A stretch of DNA of 63,460 nucleotides, counting the filler, from Actinomycetota bacterium (GTDB lineage: Bacteria; Actinomycetota; CADDZG01; JAHWKV01; JAOPZY01), in the NCBI GenBank assembly GCA_025963875.1. It is 8 parts of 8 records of this genome, joined end to end, with 100 filler letters (N's around TTAATTAATTAA, not from the genome) between each part and the next. Parts side by side here need not be neighbours in the genome. Positions count along the whole stretch, not along the records: positions 27,312 to 41,926 come from JAOPZY010000192.1; 7 more parts are not named here. The stretch is one strand, 5' to 3'. Below the pieces are notes generated by a model. The model was not told the DNA's origin and searched no databases. It saw only the letters and a list, made by a program, of their open reading frames with translations. This document shows positions 29,371-39,015 of this stretch, piece after piece. The first letter of the stretch is position 1, and each line of letters opens with the position of its first letter. The translations under genes were made by a program, and so were the position numbers.

Positions 29371-30797
29371 GCGCCGGTCCTTTGCGGGATGCCTTCGCCG
29401 GCTCGGGCGGTCTTGGCCCAGGCGTACCGCCGGCCGGCGACGCCCTCGACCCAAGCGGCGCAGCAGAGCGAGATGGAGATGAAGAAGAGCGGAAGGAACC
29501 AGGCGAGGGCGAAGGCCTCCCGGCGGTCACTCCGGCTGACGAGGAGCCCGGCGCCCAGCTCCAGCAGGGGGCCGAGGAACAGCAGGGTCCAGAGGAGGAA
29601 CAGTCGCAGCGGGTCGGGAGGGATGACCAGGCCGGCGAGCCACAGCCCGAGGACCAGGAGGCCGAGGCCGGCCAGCACCGGCAGGTGGAACGCGAGGAGG
29701 AACATCGTCGTCTCGACCTTCTGCGGGCGCGAGAGGTGACGGCTCTGCCATACGGCCCGGCGGTAGTCCCGCCACGCCTGCTGGTGGCCGCGTGCCCAAC
29801 GGTGCCGCTGCCGCCAGTAGCGGGAGACCGTGGCGACCGCCTCCTCGGCATCCACGGCGGTGACGTCGTACCGCACCCGCCAGCCGGCCAGGTGCAGCCG
29901 GAGCGTGAGGTCGGTGTCCTCGGTAACGCTGCGCGGATTCCATCCCCCCAGCTCCCGAAGGGCGGAGGCCCGCACCGCGCAGTTGGCACCGCCGTAGGCG
30001 GGAAGGCCGAACAGCGCCTGCCGGCCGTACTCGTTCACGAGGTAGCCGGCAAAGTAGTCGATGGCGATCAAGCGGGCCAGCGGGGAGATGTGCGGGTTGA
30101 CGATCTCGCAGCGGCCCTGGACCGCCGCCACCGCCGGGTCCGCGAAATGTCGCACGAGGCGCCGCACCACATCGGCCCGGGGACGGTGGTCGGCGTCGAA
30201 GACGACGATGATCTCGCCCGTGGCGAGGGGAAGGGCCGCGTTGAGTGCCCCTGACTTGCCGCCACCGGCCCCCGGGGCCCGGTGCAGGCAGGCCAGGCGA
30301 GGCTCTCGGGCCGCTGCGGTGTCGAGGATCTCACCGGTGCGGTCCGAGGAGCCGTCGTCGACGACAACGAGCTGGAGGCGCTCCGCCGGATAGTCCAGGC
30401 TGAGGAGGCTCGTGACGAGCACCTCCGCCACCGCCTCCTCGTTCTTGCAGGCAACCAGCACCGTCACGGGCGGCTGGATCCCGGTCTCGATCAGGGGGGC
30501 GGCCAGGTCGGCCGGCGCCGAGTCGAGCGCGGCAACCGCAAAGGCCAGATGGCGTGCGAAGAAGGCGAAGAAGCTGATCTGGAGTGCAACGCCCAGGGCG
30601 TTGACGAGGAGGGGAAATCCCAGCAGCGCCGTGCCGACGAGCGCGGCGGCGGCGAGCAGGGCGAAGGTCCATGGGGTTCCGCCGGTGCCTTCACCGACGT
30701 CCTCGACAAGGCCCGCGGGGCCGCCGTCCATGAAGGACGACGGCCCCCGACCCGCCCGCAAGCCGCTCAGGGAGCCAGCTCCCCGCGGCGGCAACAA
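29367..30797 (-). CDS. Processive-type GT2 membrane glycosyltransferase
   Basis: DDGSSD, GKSGALN, FDAD, TED, QRHRW. Confidence 0.9.
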   Translation of the reverse strand: MLPPRGAGSLSGLRAGRGPSSFMDGGPAGLVEDVGEGTGGTPWTFALLAAAALVGTALLGFPLLVNALGVALQISFFAFFARHLAFAVAALDSAPADLAAPLIETGIQPPVTVLVACKNEEAVAEVLVTSLLSLDYPAERLQLVVVDDGSSDRTGEILDTAAAREPRLACLHRAPGAGGGKSGALNAALPLATGEIIVVFDADHRPRADVVRRLVRHFADPAVAAVQGRCEIVNPHISPLARLIAIDYFAGYLVNEYGRQALFGLPAYGGANCAVRASALRELGGWNPRSVTEDTDLTLRLHLAGWRVRYDVTAVDAEEAVATVSRYWRQRHRWARGHQQAWRDYRRAVWQSRHLSRPQKVETTMFLLAFHLPVLAGLGLLVLGLWLAGLVIPPDPLRLFLLWTLLFLGPLLELGAGLLVSRSDRREAFALAWFLPLFFISISLCCAAWVEGVAGRRYAWAKTARAGEGIPQRTGA

Positions 30798-30813
30798 CCA
30801 GGGAGTGCCCGCA

Positions 30814-31473
30814 CTAGCTCACTCCCTCGAACACGATCTCCACCGACGGCGCCGCGATGGCACCGGCGGAGAGGTCCCACACGAAGCGCTCGATCTCGAA
30901 CGCCTCGGCGTAGTGCACGCGGCCCTGGAACCCGCGGTAGCGGGCCTGAGCCGCGACGGCCTCGAGGTCGACCAGGCGGTTCTTCAGCACCTGCGACTCG
31001 TGGGCCCGGATGAGGTCCAGCTTCTGCTCCACGAAGCCCTCGACATCGAGGAACATCTGGGGCACGAACCCCCGCGACGTCGGGGCCTCATACGTGAGCA
31101 CCCGGGTGACCCGGCGGGCAGCGGCCAGGCTGGCTGCGGCGACCGTACGGTGGTCCTGGTGGGTGTCGTTCGGTGAGTGCGTGTACAGGATGTCGGCTCG
31201 GGTCGACGCGATGACGCTCTCGACGGCCTGCACCGACAGGCTCCCGTCCGGGACCATCCCGTCCTGGAAGCCTCCCCAGAACAGCTCGGCACCGAGGCGC
31301 CGAACAGCCTCCTGCTGCTCACTGACCCGGGACTGGGCGGCCTGTGGCCCCTGCTCCCCGGGCGTCATGACCAGCATGGCCACGCGGTCCCCCCGGGCGA
31401 CATGGGCGAGCAGGGCCGCACCGCAGCCGAGCTCGATGTCGTCCGGGTGGGCGCCGATGGCCAGGACTCTCAC
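30814..31473 (-). CDS. PIG-L/LmbE-family N-deacetylase
   Basis: AHPDDIELG, HQDH, AHESQ, AEAF. Confidence 0.92.
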   Translation of the reverse strand: MRVLAIGAHPDDIELGCGAALLAHVARGDRVAMLVMTPGEQGPQAAQSRVSEQQEAVRRLGAELFWGGFQDGMVPDGSLSVQAVESVIASTRADILYTHSPNDTHQDHRTVAAASLAAARRVTRVLTYEAPTSRGFVPQMFLDVEGFVEQKLDLIRAHESQVLKNRLVDLEAVAAQARYRGFQGRVHYAEAFEIERFVWDLSAGAIAAPSVEIVFEGVS

Positions 31474-32237
31474 AGCGCGCTCCGCGAAGCCGCTGCCGCC
31501 AGGCGCCGCCGGTAGCCCCGGTGCTGCATGAATGCGAAGCCGATCCCGGCGAGGCCGGTGAGCCCCAGCACGCCGATCGTCCCGACCGGAACGACCGTCC
31601 CTGCGGTGGCGTCGCAGTGGGACTGGGAGATGATGATGTCACCCGTAGCGAGCCCGAGGTTCAGCAGGATGTGCACGGCGTTGACCGTGATGGAGTTCGT
31701 GCCCCCGCTGGACGACGTGATCTGCTCGTTCAGGATGACCGTGGCCAGGCCCGCAACGGTGAGCGTGGTGTTCGGCCCGGGGTTGACCGCAAGGGTGGCC
31801 CCGGACAGCTTTGCGTTCGTCAACGTCGACGATCCCGTGACGCCCGACGAGTTGGCCGTGCAGTTGCTCGCAATGAGATCAGCCGTCAGCACGCCGGCGA
31901 GCGCGTTGACCGTCGCAACCGACGCCGAGCTGGCAGAGCTCGGCGACCCGGTCGTGGAGCCCTGGGTGGCCGCATTGAGGATCCCCGCCGACAGGACGCT
32001 GCAGGCGGTGCCGGCGCAGATGGTGGCCAGCGACTGGCTGACGTTGCCGCCGGTGGGCGGCAGGGTGACGCTCGGCGTAGGGCCTGCGGTGACGTTGATG
32101 CCGGCCACGGTGGCGTTGACGCTCACTCCGAACGCCGAGCCGCTCACGGTCCCGCTTGCCCATGCCGGCGTGGCCGCCGCAAGGGCGAGTCCCGCCAGCG
32201 CGACGAGGCTGACGCCCCGAAGTCGAATGTTGCCCAT
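31470..32237 (-). CDS. Secreted Ser/Thr-rich protein (choice-of-anchor P-like) with C-terminal sorting signal
   Basis: Signal peptide ending AWA; PGPNT, VILNEQ, ITVNAVHI; C-terminus VPVG + TM helix + RGYRRR. Confidence 0.75.
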   Translation of the reverse strand: MGNIRLRGVSLVALAGLALAAATPAWASGTVSGSAFGVSVNATVAGINVTAGPTPSVTLPPTGGNVSQSLATICAGTACSVLSAGILNAATQGSTTGSPSSASSASVATVNALAGVLTADLIASNCTANSSGVTGSSTLTNAKLSGATLAVNPGPNTTLTVAGLATVILNEQITSSSGGTNSITVNAVHILLNLGLATGDIIISQSHCDATAGTVVPVGTIGVLGLTGLAGIGFAFMQHRGYRRRLAAAASRSAL

Positions 32238-32847
32238 GAGTTGATTTCTCCCTATCCGGCTTGATCCGGGCCGCTACCCCCGGCCTTCGAGGCCCGTGCG
32301 GCTCCCGCCCGCGCCCGGCCCGCGACCCGTCAAGCACCTTGAGTTGTGGCGTGGATTTGCTAGAGTGTGGTGACCAAATCGTCGCGTTTCCTCGCGAAGG
32401 TGAGCGGCGAATAGGTCAGCTGATCAGGGGATCTCTCGTCAGGGAGGTCCCCTGATTTTTGAGGGTCCGTTCAGGAATGGAAGCCGTCGCGGCCGCGGCA
32501 TCAGGCATGCTGCCGACGCAGGATCCAGGCACGGCACACCACAAGAGCGATTGATTGGAGCCCCCCAGGACAATTGCACGACAATGCTGTCGTTGCTGCT
32601 CAACGGACCATAAGCCCGACATCTGGGGTGGTCAAATTAATATTCGCTCACCACGAGAATCACGACGAAATGGGACAGGAAATGCACTGGAAATTCCTGA
32701 AGCAGTGTCCCCCAAACGGGGGGTCCGTTTCAGGTTCTTTTGTGCGGGATGGGCCGATGTCTCCGTTTCAATCGCTTCCTGTGGCTGGACGCGCCTCCGG
32801 CCCCAAGGATGGGGCGGGAGGCGATTCTTAGATGATGCGACCCCGGT

Positions 32848-33144
32848 CTAACGGACCCAGAGCTCGTAGTTGCTGAACACCCCGCCACCGGTGCACTGGT
32901 ACTCGCTGAATCGACCCGTGTTGAGTTCACGCCTGCCGGCGGCATCGCAGTCGCTGTGCCAGAAGTAGTTGTCGAGGTAGTTCCAGCCGATACCGGCCGG
33001 CGGGTTGCAGGGGCAGCTGTCCATCGGGACGGCAACGGCCGTGCTGGTTGCCGGAGCGGCCTGGGCTGCGGGGGCAAGCGTGCCGACCGCGGCGAGCAGC
33101 GTGCTGCCGAGTGCAAGTGACACAAGCGCCTTGCGGAAGATCAT
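32848..33144 (-). CDS. Small secreted Cys/Trp-rich peptide, copy B (98 aa)
   Basis: GAAAGGA RBS; signal peptide ending AQA; DSCPCNPPAGIGWNY...C...YQC...YELWVR. Confidence 0.8.
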   Translation of the reverse strand: MIFRKALVSLALGSTLLAAVGTLAPAAQAAPATSTAVAVPMDSCPCNPPAGIGWNYLDNYFWHSDCDAAGRRELNTGRFSEYQCTGGGVFSNYELWVR

Positions 33145-33190
33145 GGTTTTTCCTTTCATGGGGCGACCGGTTCGACGGGACGCACCCGGC

Positions 33191-33496
33191 CTAACGGACC
33201 CAGAGCTCGTAGTTGCTGAACACCCCGCCACCGGTGCACTGGTACTCGGTCCACCGACCGGTGTTGAGGTTGCGCCTGCCGGCAGCGTCGCAGTCGTCGT
33301 GCCAGAAGTAGTTGTCGATGTAGTTCCAGCCGATGCCGGCCGGCGGGTTGCAGGGACAGCTGTCCATCGGGACGGCAACCGCCGTGCTTGTTGCCGGAGC
33401 GACCGGAGCGGCCTGGGCTGCGGGTGCGAGCGTGCCGACCGTGGCGAGGAGCGTGCTTCCGAGTGCAAGCGAAACGAGTGCCTTTCGGAGGATCAT
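33191..33496 (-). CDS. Small secreted Cys/Trp-rich peptide, copy A (101 aa)
   Basis: Near-identical tandem paralog of 32848-33144 with the same RBS context. Confidence 0.8.
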   Translation of the reverse strand: MILRKALVSLALGSTLLATVGTLAPAAQAAPVAPATSTAVAVPMDSCPCNPPAGIGWNYIDNYFWHDDCDAAGRRNLNTGRWTEYQCTGGGVFSNYELWVR

Positions 33497-33948
33497 GGTT
33501 TTCCTTTCGTGAGGCGGCCGGTTCAACCGGACGCGTTCTGGTTGCTGATGTGCCGTACCTTTCGCCTGAGTCCCGCCGGAATTCCCACCCCCTTTCCGAG
33601 TCGGTTTTCCTTGTAGACGGATCATGGCGCTCGGCGAGGTCCGGCAGAATCGCGCGTCGAATGAGGGTTCCGTGTTGGTTACGGAGCGGTTTCCTTACCT
33701 GATGGATAGGCAAGGGAACCCAGGCGAAGGCAACCGCTCCCGAAGCTCCTCCTGCATCTCCGGGGGGCCGTGGCCAAGCGGAGCGGGCCCCCCCGGCCCT
33801 CGGCCCTCCTCCAGCTCGGCCGTCCCCCGGCTTGCGACCGAAGAGCTTCCTCGAACTTCGGCAGCTGAAGGGGCTCCGGTGAACTTAGGGGCCCAGCGCG
33901 CAAATACGCGCGATTGTGGACTGACCTCGGCTCAAACCCCTCCCAGGG

Positions 33949-34440
33949 TCAGCAGCTTGCGAGCCAGAGGTTGGAGCTTGCCGATGTCGTCACGATGGGA
34001 GCCGGTAACGTTGGCAGCGACTGGCCGTTTGCCAGGCACACCCGGCCCCCCTGGAACTCCGTGCCGGCAAAGACCATGACGTCGGGCTTGCCCTCCTGGG
34101 GAGCGGGGATGCCGTGGTTGTAGAAGGAGGCGGCCCGGCCGGCGATGAAGCGCAGCTGCTGAGGGAACTTGCCGAAGTCTCGCTCGCTCCCGAAGATGCC
34201 GACGCCGGCTCCTCGGAACTGCGGGGCCTGCCAGGCGCAGAGGTAGCCCAGGGGGCAACTCGCAAGGCTCTCGCCGACCGAGCGGAGGAGGGGCGTGGCC
34301 GCCGGCTGGGGAACAGCGCGGGCCGGGCGGCCTCCCGACCGGAAGGCACGGAGAGGCCCGAAGGCGAGAAGAGCGACGGCCAGAAGCCCCGGCAGGGCGG
34401 CTGCCACTGCAAGCCGGCGCCTCGCCCCCGGCCGTCCACC
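33949..34440 (-). CDS. TM plus peptidase-inhibitor-I36-like domain; probably the frameshifted C-terminus of the kinase
   Basis: RRRLAVAAALPGLLAVALLAF then CPLGYLCAWQAPQFRG...AASFYN. Confidence 0.6.
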   Translation of the reverse strand, partial: GGRPGARRRLAVAAALPGLLAVALLAFGPLRAFRSGGRPARAVPQPAATPLLRSVGESLASCPLGYLCAWQAPQFRGAGVGIFGSERDFGKFPQQLRFIAGRAASFYNHGIPAPQEGKPDVMVFAGTEFQGGRVCLANGQSLPTLPAPIVTTSASSNLWLASC

Positions 34441-35236
34441 CGGGGCCGAGGAACCGGAGGGGCCCTGCTCCGGGCTGCAGTGATTGCACGAGGGCGGCTG
34501 CCGAGGAAGGCCGGCGGGCCGGATCGATTGCCAGTCCGAGGCGGATGCGCTGGATCATCGCTGTGCCCGCAGTGCCGGCCACCTCGGGCGGAACGCCGGG
34601 CCGCGGCGGCGCACCGGTGAGGAGGGCGTACCCGGTTGCCGCGAGGCTGAAGATGTCCGAGGAGGGGCTCGGGCCGTCCGTGAAGACCTCCGGGGCTGCG
34701 TAGTCGGGGGTGAGCCGCGCCACGCTCCCGTTGCTCCTAGCGGGGGAGCAGATCCCGAAGTCGACGAGGACGACCCTGCCTTCCGAGGTCAAGACGAAGT
34801 TGGAAGGTTTCAGGTCCTGGTGCATCACGGGCGGGTCGTGGGCATGCAGGTGGTCCACCGCCTCGCCGGCCTGCTTCAGGTAGTCGAGCACCCGCTCGGG
34901 CGGGAGCCCCGGGGTGCCCTCGGTGGTCAGCACCTGGCGCAGGTTCCGTCCCTCGATCCAGTCCATGACGAGGTAGTAGCGGTCCTCCAAGACGAAGTCC
35001 TCCCGCAGGAGGGCAAGGTTCGGGTGCGGGCGCACGGTAAAGAGGACCCGGGCTTCCTCGAGCCCGGCCTTCCAGTCCTCCCCCTGGGGCAGCGCCTTCA
35101 CCTTGAGAGCGACGTGGCGCTGGTGGACGACGTCGATGGCGCGCATCACGGTCCCCTGCCCGCCTCGTCCCACGATGTCCAGGACCTCGTACCGTCCGCG
35201 GATCGGGGAACGCACGGTGGAGACTGTGGAACTCAC
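34441..35236 (-). CDS. Hanks-type Ser/Thr kinase domain (frame shifts near 34430-34480)
   Basis: GRGGQG, VALK, HQDLKPSN, DFG, YAAPE, DIFSL. Confidence 0.88.
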
Positions 35237-35889
35237 GGTGGAGGCACCTCCCTCAACTTATCCGGCGCCTTGAGGGGCGCCTCGGGACACGCTGCGATCC
35301 GCAACTCTCCGACGCTGACCGCCCCACGGCGAATGGCTTCGTTGGCGAGCCGGACCCTGCGAGAACCCGTGCCCGAGTAGATGCCGAACTTGTCGTACAG
35401 GTGCAGGAGGTGCTGCTTCACGGCCGCCTCCGTGACAACGAAGGTGTCGGCAATCTGCCGGATCGGCGCGGGCTCGGTGAAAAGGTCTCCGGAGGCCAGC
35501 GGGAGGCATAGGGCCACGAGCACATCGCGCTCTCGGGGCGTGAGCGCCGGCGCCGACTTGGCGGCCTGCGTCTCGGTCTCGTCCGGGTCGAGCCCTTCCG
35601 CTGTGAACACCAGCCTTGTGGCCCCGAGCCGGATCTCGTCCCCGCTGCGCAGCTGGCGGTCCCCGAGGAGCCGCTGGCCGTTGACGAACGTGCCGTTGCG
35701 AGCCGCCAGGTCCCGCACGCACCATCCTCCGGCGAAGCGCTCCAGCACCGCGTGCATCCGGGACACCGTCGCGTCGGAGGCCAGGACGACGTCGTTCGAG
35801 CGAGCCTTGCCCATGCTGACCCGCTGGGCGTCCAGGACGACGACATCCCGCCCTTGGGGCTGCCAGACCTCTAGGTAGTACATCGGCAT
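35233..35889 (-). CDS. FHA-domain protein with C-terminal LuxR-like HTH
   Basis: VSRMHA, RNGTFVNG, LRSGDEIRLG; LTPRERDVL...AAVKQHLLHLYDKF. Confidence 0.85.
   Translation of the reverse strand: MPMYYLEVWQPQGRDVVVLDAQRVSMGKARSNDVVLASDATVSRMHAVLERFAGGWCVRDLAARNGTFVNGQRLLGDRQLRSGDEIRLGATRLVFTAEGLDPDETETQAAKSAPALTPRERDVLVALCLPLASGDLFTEPAPIRQIADTFVVTEAAVKQHLLHLYDKFGIYSGTGSRRVRLANEAIRRGAVSVGELRIAACPEAPLKAPDKLREVPPP
35257..35286. repeat. 30-bp palindromic element, copy 1 (inside the FHA gene)
   Basis: cttatccggcgccttgaggggcgcctcggg; 29/30 identical to 63235-63264. Confidence 0.8.
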
Positions 35890-35950
35890 CGCCTACCTTT
35901 GAGCGCCGTGCCCGGGCAGGTGATACATGGTTCGCAGGGAAGTCGGCTTC

Positions 35951-36583
35951 TCAGCCCACGATCCGGAGCACCAGGTTGGAGGCTGAGGTGGCAATCGGCC
36001 CCAGGATGCGGGGGAGGACCAGCAACGCTGCGATCAGCAGGATCACGAAGCCGTACTGGTCGAGGAAGAAGATGATGTGCTGCTTGTTCGGCGGCAGGAT
36101 GGCGCCGAGGATCCGTGACCCGTCGAGCGGGGGGATGGGCAGGACGTTGAGGATGGCAAGCAGGACGTTGAGGTACAGGAACTCCAGGAGGAATCGGTAG
36201 GCGAGGCTACCGGACGTGGCCGGGCTCAGGCGCGCCAGGAGCGCCCCTGAGACGAAGGCCAGGATCACGTTGACCAGAGGGCCGGCCGCCCCCACCAGGG
36301 CCGCCCCGAACCTCCGGTTGCGGAGCTTGCTCGGTGTCATCGGGACGGGCTTGCCCCAGCCGAAGCCCACCAGCACGATCATGAGCGTCCCGAACGGGTC
36401 GAGGTGGCGGACGGGGTTCAGCGTCAACCGCCCGGCGAGGCGGGCGGTGGGGTCCCCCTGGAGCTCGTCGGCCGCGGCGTGGCCGAATTCGTGGAGCGCG
36501 ATGGCCAGCACGATCGCGAGCGCGATGAGGATGAAGTCGGAGAACTGCCCGTGGATCAGCAGGTCGATCATGCCGAGACGCAT
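35951..36583 (-). CDS. Site-2 protease (M50 family)
   Basis: HEFGH, AAGPLVN, NVLPIPPLDG. Confidence 0.92.
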   Translation of the reverse strand: MRLGMIDLLIHGQFSDFILIALAIVLAIALHEFGHAAADELQGDPTARLAGRLTLNPVRHLDPFGTLMIVLVGFGWGKPVPMTPSKLRNRRFGAALVGAAGPLVNVILAFVSGALLARLSPATSGSLAYRFLLEFLYLNVLLAILNVLPIPPLDGSRILGAILPPNKQHIIFFLDQYGFVILLIAALLVLPRILGPIATSASNLVLRIVG

Positions 36584-36674
36584 GGGGGCAGCATACTGGG
36601 GAGGCGTCCGTACTCCGCCCGGAGAATGCCCGGGAGATCCCGAGACCGGTCCAGACCCCCGGTAGTATCTGGGC

Positions 36675-37679
36675 ATGACCCGCGTCTTCTCGGGGGTCCA
36701 GCCCACCGGCGAGGGTCCCCACATCGGCAATTACATCGGAGCGTTCCGGCGCTGGGTGGAGCTGCAGGACACCCAGGACGAATGCTTCTACTGCGTCGTC
36801 GACCTCCACGCCATGACGGTCCCCTGGGAGCCGGAGTCCCTCGCCGAGGGCGTGCGCCGGACCGCCGCGACGCTGATCGCCACCGGCATCGACCCCGAGC
36901 GGTCGGTCCTCTTCGTGCAGTCCGACGTCCCGGAGCACACCGAGCTGGCGTGGATCCTCATCTGCCTCTCGCGGATGGGCGAGCTCGGCCGCATGACGCA
37001 GTTCAAGGACAAGAGCCGGGGCGGCGAGGCGGAGTCGATCGGGGCGGGGCTCTTTGTCTATCCCTCGCTCATGGCCGCCGACGTCCTGACCTACCGCGCC
37101 GACCGCGTACCCGTCGGCGACGACCAGCGCCAGCATCTCGAGCTCATGCGGGACCTCGCCATCCGCTTCAATCGCAAGTTCGGCGAGACATTCCCCGTCC
37201 CCGAGGCCGTCATCGGCAGGCAGGGGGCCCGGATCATGTCCCTCGACGATCCGACCGAGAAGATGAGCAAGAGCTCCGGCCGCCCCGCCTCCGCCATCGG
37301 CATGCTGGACGATCTCCCGTCGGTCCGGAAGAAGATCGCCCGGGCCGTCACCGACTCGGGGTCGACGGTGGCGTACGGGCCGGAGCATCCCGCGGTCTCC
37401 AACCTGCTCGACATCCTTGCCGCCGTCACGGGGGAGTCGACCCCGGAGCTCGTCGCCCGCCTGGAGGGCCAGGGCTACGCCAGGCTGAAAGCGGACCTCG
37501 CCGACGCGGTCGTGGCCGTGCTGGAACCCTTCCAGACGCGTTACGCCGAGCTCATAGGGGATCCGGCGATGCTGGACAAGGTTCTCGACGAGGGGGCGGA
37601 CAAGGCGCGGGCGGTGGCGGGGCCGACGATGGCGCTGGTCCGGGAGCGGGTGGGCCTCCGCTCGGGCGTCCTCCGGTGA
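36675..37679 (+). CDS. trpS: Tryptophan-tRNA ligase
   Basis: HIGN, VPVGDDQ, KMSKS. Confidence 0.96.
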   Translation: MTRVFSGVQPTGEGPHIGNYIGAFRRWVELQDTQDECFYCVVDLHAMTVPWEPESLAEGVRRTAATLIATGIDPERSVLFVQSDVPEHTELAWILICLSRMGELGRMTQFKDKSRGGEAESIGAGLFVYPSLMAADVLTYRADRVPVGDDQRQHLELMRDLAIRFNRKFGETFPVPEAVIGRQGARIMSLDDPTEKMSKSSGRPASAIGMLDDLPSVRKKIARAVTDSGSTVAYGPEHPAVSNLLDILAAVTGESTPELVARLEGQGYARLKADLADAVVAVLEPFQTRYAELIGDPAMLDKVLDEGADKARAVAGPTMALVRERVGLRSGVLR

Positions 37680-38446
37680 GCTTCGCCGTCCATCAGGACG
37701 TCTTCGAGGGCCCCCTCGACCTGCTGCTGCAACTCGTGTCCAAGGACCGGGTCGATGTCGCGGACGTGACCATCGCCACCATCACCGACGACTTCCTGCG
37801 GGCCATCGAGGCCCTGGGGTCCCTCGACCTGGACGCCGCGTCGAGCTTCCTCGTGCTGGCGGCCACCCTCCTGGAGCTGAAGTCGCTCAAGCTGCTACCC
37901 CGACAGGAGGCGGACCCGGAAATGGCTGCGCTCCTGGAGGAGCGGGACCGGCTCCTCCAGCGTCTGGTCGAGTACGCCACCTTCAAGGGCGCCGCTGATG
38001 CGCTCAGCTGGGCGCTCGACGCCAACGAGGGCTACTTCACCCGGACCGGTGGGGTCCCCGACGAGCTGCGCCCCGCCCTCCCCGACCTTCTCGAGGGCGT
38101 GACGCTGGAGCAGTTCTGGAAGGTGGCGGTCAAGGTCTTCGCCCCCCGGGTGCCGGCGCCGATGGACACGTCGTACATCGCCCCCATGCGCGTCAGCGTC
38201 GCCGAGATGGTCGAGGTGCTGGCCGAGGAACTCCGCCGCCGCCGGGCGGTGTCCTTCCGGGACCTCTGCGGCGAGTCGGCCAGCCGGGCGGACGTGGTGG
38301 TGCGGTTCCTCGCCCTGCTCGAGCTGTTCCGCCAGCAGTACGTCCAGGTCGAACAGCCCGGACCCTTCGACGGCATCACGGTGCGGTGGCGCCAGCCCCA
38401 CACCGGGGCTGAACGCCGCAGCGACGGCCCGGAGGGGCTGCGGTGA
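37676..38446 (+). CDS. scpA: Segregation/condensation protein A
   Basis: FEGPLDLLLQL, LKSLKLLP, RFLALLEL; GTGA coupling. Confidence 0.93.
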   Translation: MSFAVHQDVFEGPLDLLLQLVSKDRVDVADVTIATITDDFLRAIEALGSLDLDAASSFLVLAATLLELKSLKLLPRQEADPEMAALLEERDRLLQRLVEYATFKGAADALSWALDANEGYFTRTGGVPDELRPALPDLLEGVTLEQFWKVAVKVFAPRVPAPMDTSYIAPMRVSVAEMVEVLAEELRRRRAVSFRDLCGESASRADVVVRFLALLELFRQQYVQVEQPGPFDGITVRWRQPHTGAERRSDGPEGLR

Positions 38447-39015
38447 GCCCGGCCGGCGCCGACGTCCGGCGGGCCGCCGAGGCGATCCTCTTCGTCGCAG
38501 AGGAACCGGTGGCATCCTCGGAGCTCGCCCTCGTCCTGGAGCTGCCCGCAGCGGAGGTCGAGACACTGATGGAGGAGCTGGGTCGTTCGTACGACGAGCA
38601 GGGGCGGGGCTTCGTCCTGCGGCGGGTCGCCGGGGGGTACCGGCTGGCGAGCCACCCCGCGGCAGCTCCATTCCTGGAGCGCTTCGTCTCCGAGCACCGG
38701 CCAGCCCGTATGACCCAGGCAGCCCTCGAGACCCTCGCGGTCGTGGCCTACCGCCAGCCGGTCTCGCGGGCGCAGATCGCGGAGATCCGCGGGGTGTCGC
38801 CCGACTCGGTCCTGCGCACCCTCGTCACCCGCGGGCTCGTCCAGGAGGTCGGCCGGGACCCCGGACCGGGCAACGCCATCCTCTACGGCACCACGAGCAC
38901 CTTCACCGAGCGGCTCGGGCTCATGGGCCTCGCCGATCTGCCGCCGCTGGCCGGTTTCATGCCGACCACCGCGGAGGTGGAACGAATGGAATCGGGTCTC
39001 GGGCCCGGGATATGA
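38443..39015 (+). CDS. scpB: Segregation/condensation protein B
   Basis: EAILF, ALETLAVVAYRQP, IRGV, YGTT. Confidence 0.94.
   Translation: MSPAGADVRRAAEAILFVAEEPVASSELALVLELPAAEVETLMEELGRSYDEQGRGFVLRRVAGGYRLASHPAAAPFLERFVSEHRPARMTQAALETLAVVAYRQPVSRAQIAEIRGVSPDSVLRTLVTRGLVQEVGRDPGPGNAILYGTTSTFTERLGLMGLADLPPLAGFMPTTAEVERMESGLGPGI

Noticed and set aside
27362..29989. 875-aa ORF as a single protein
   Set aside because: The upstream portion overlaps the real GT2 and exosortase genes in another frame; the true start is about 28849.
32848..33530. CRISPR-like or non-coding repeat
   Set aside because: The repeat unit is a whole coding gene with RBS; no repeat-spacer array or cas gene is visible in the window.
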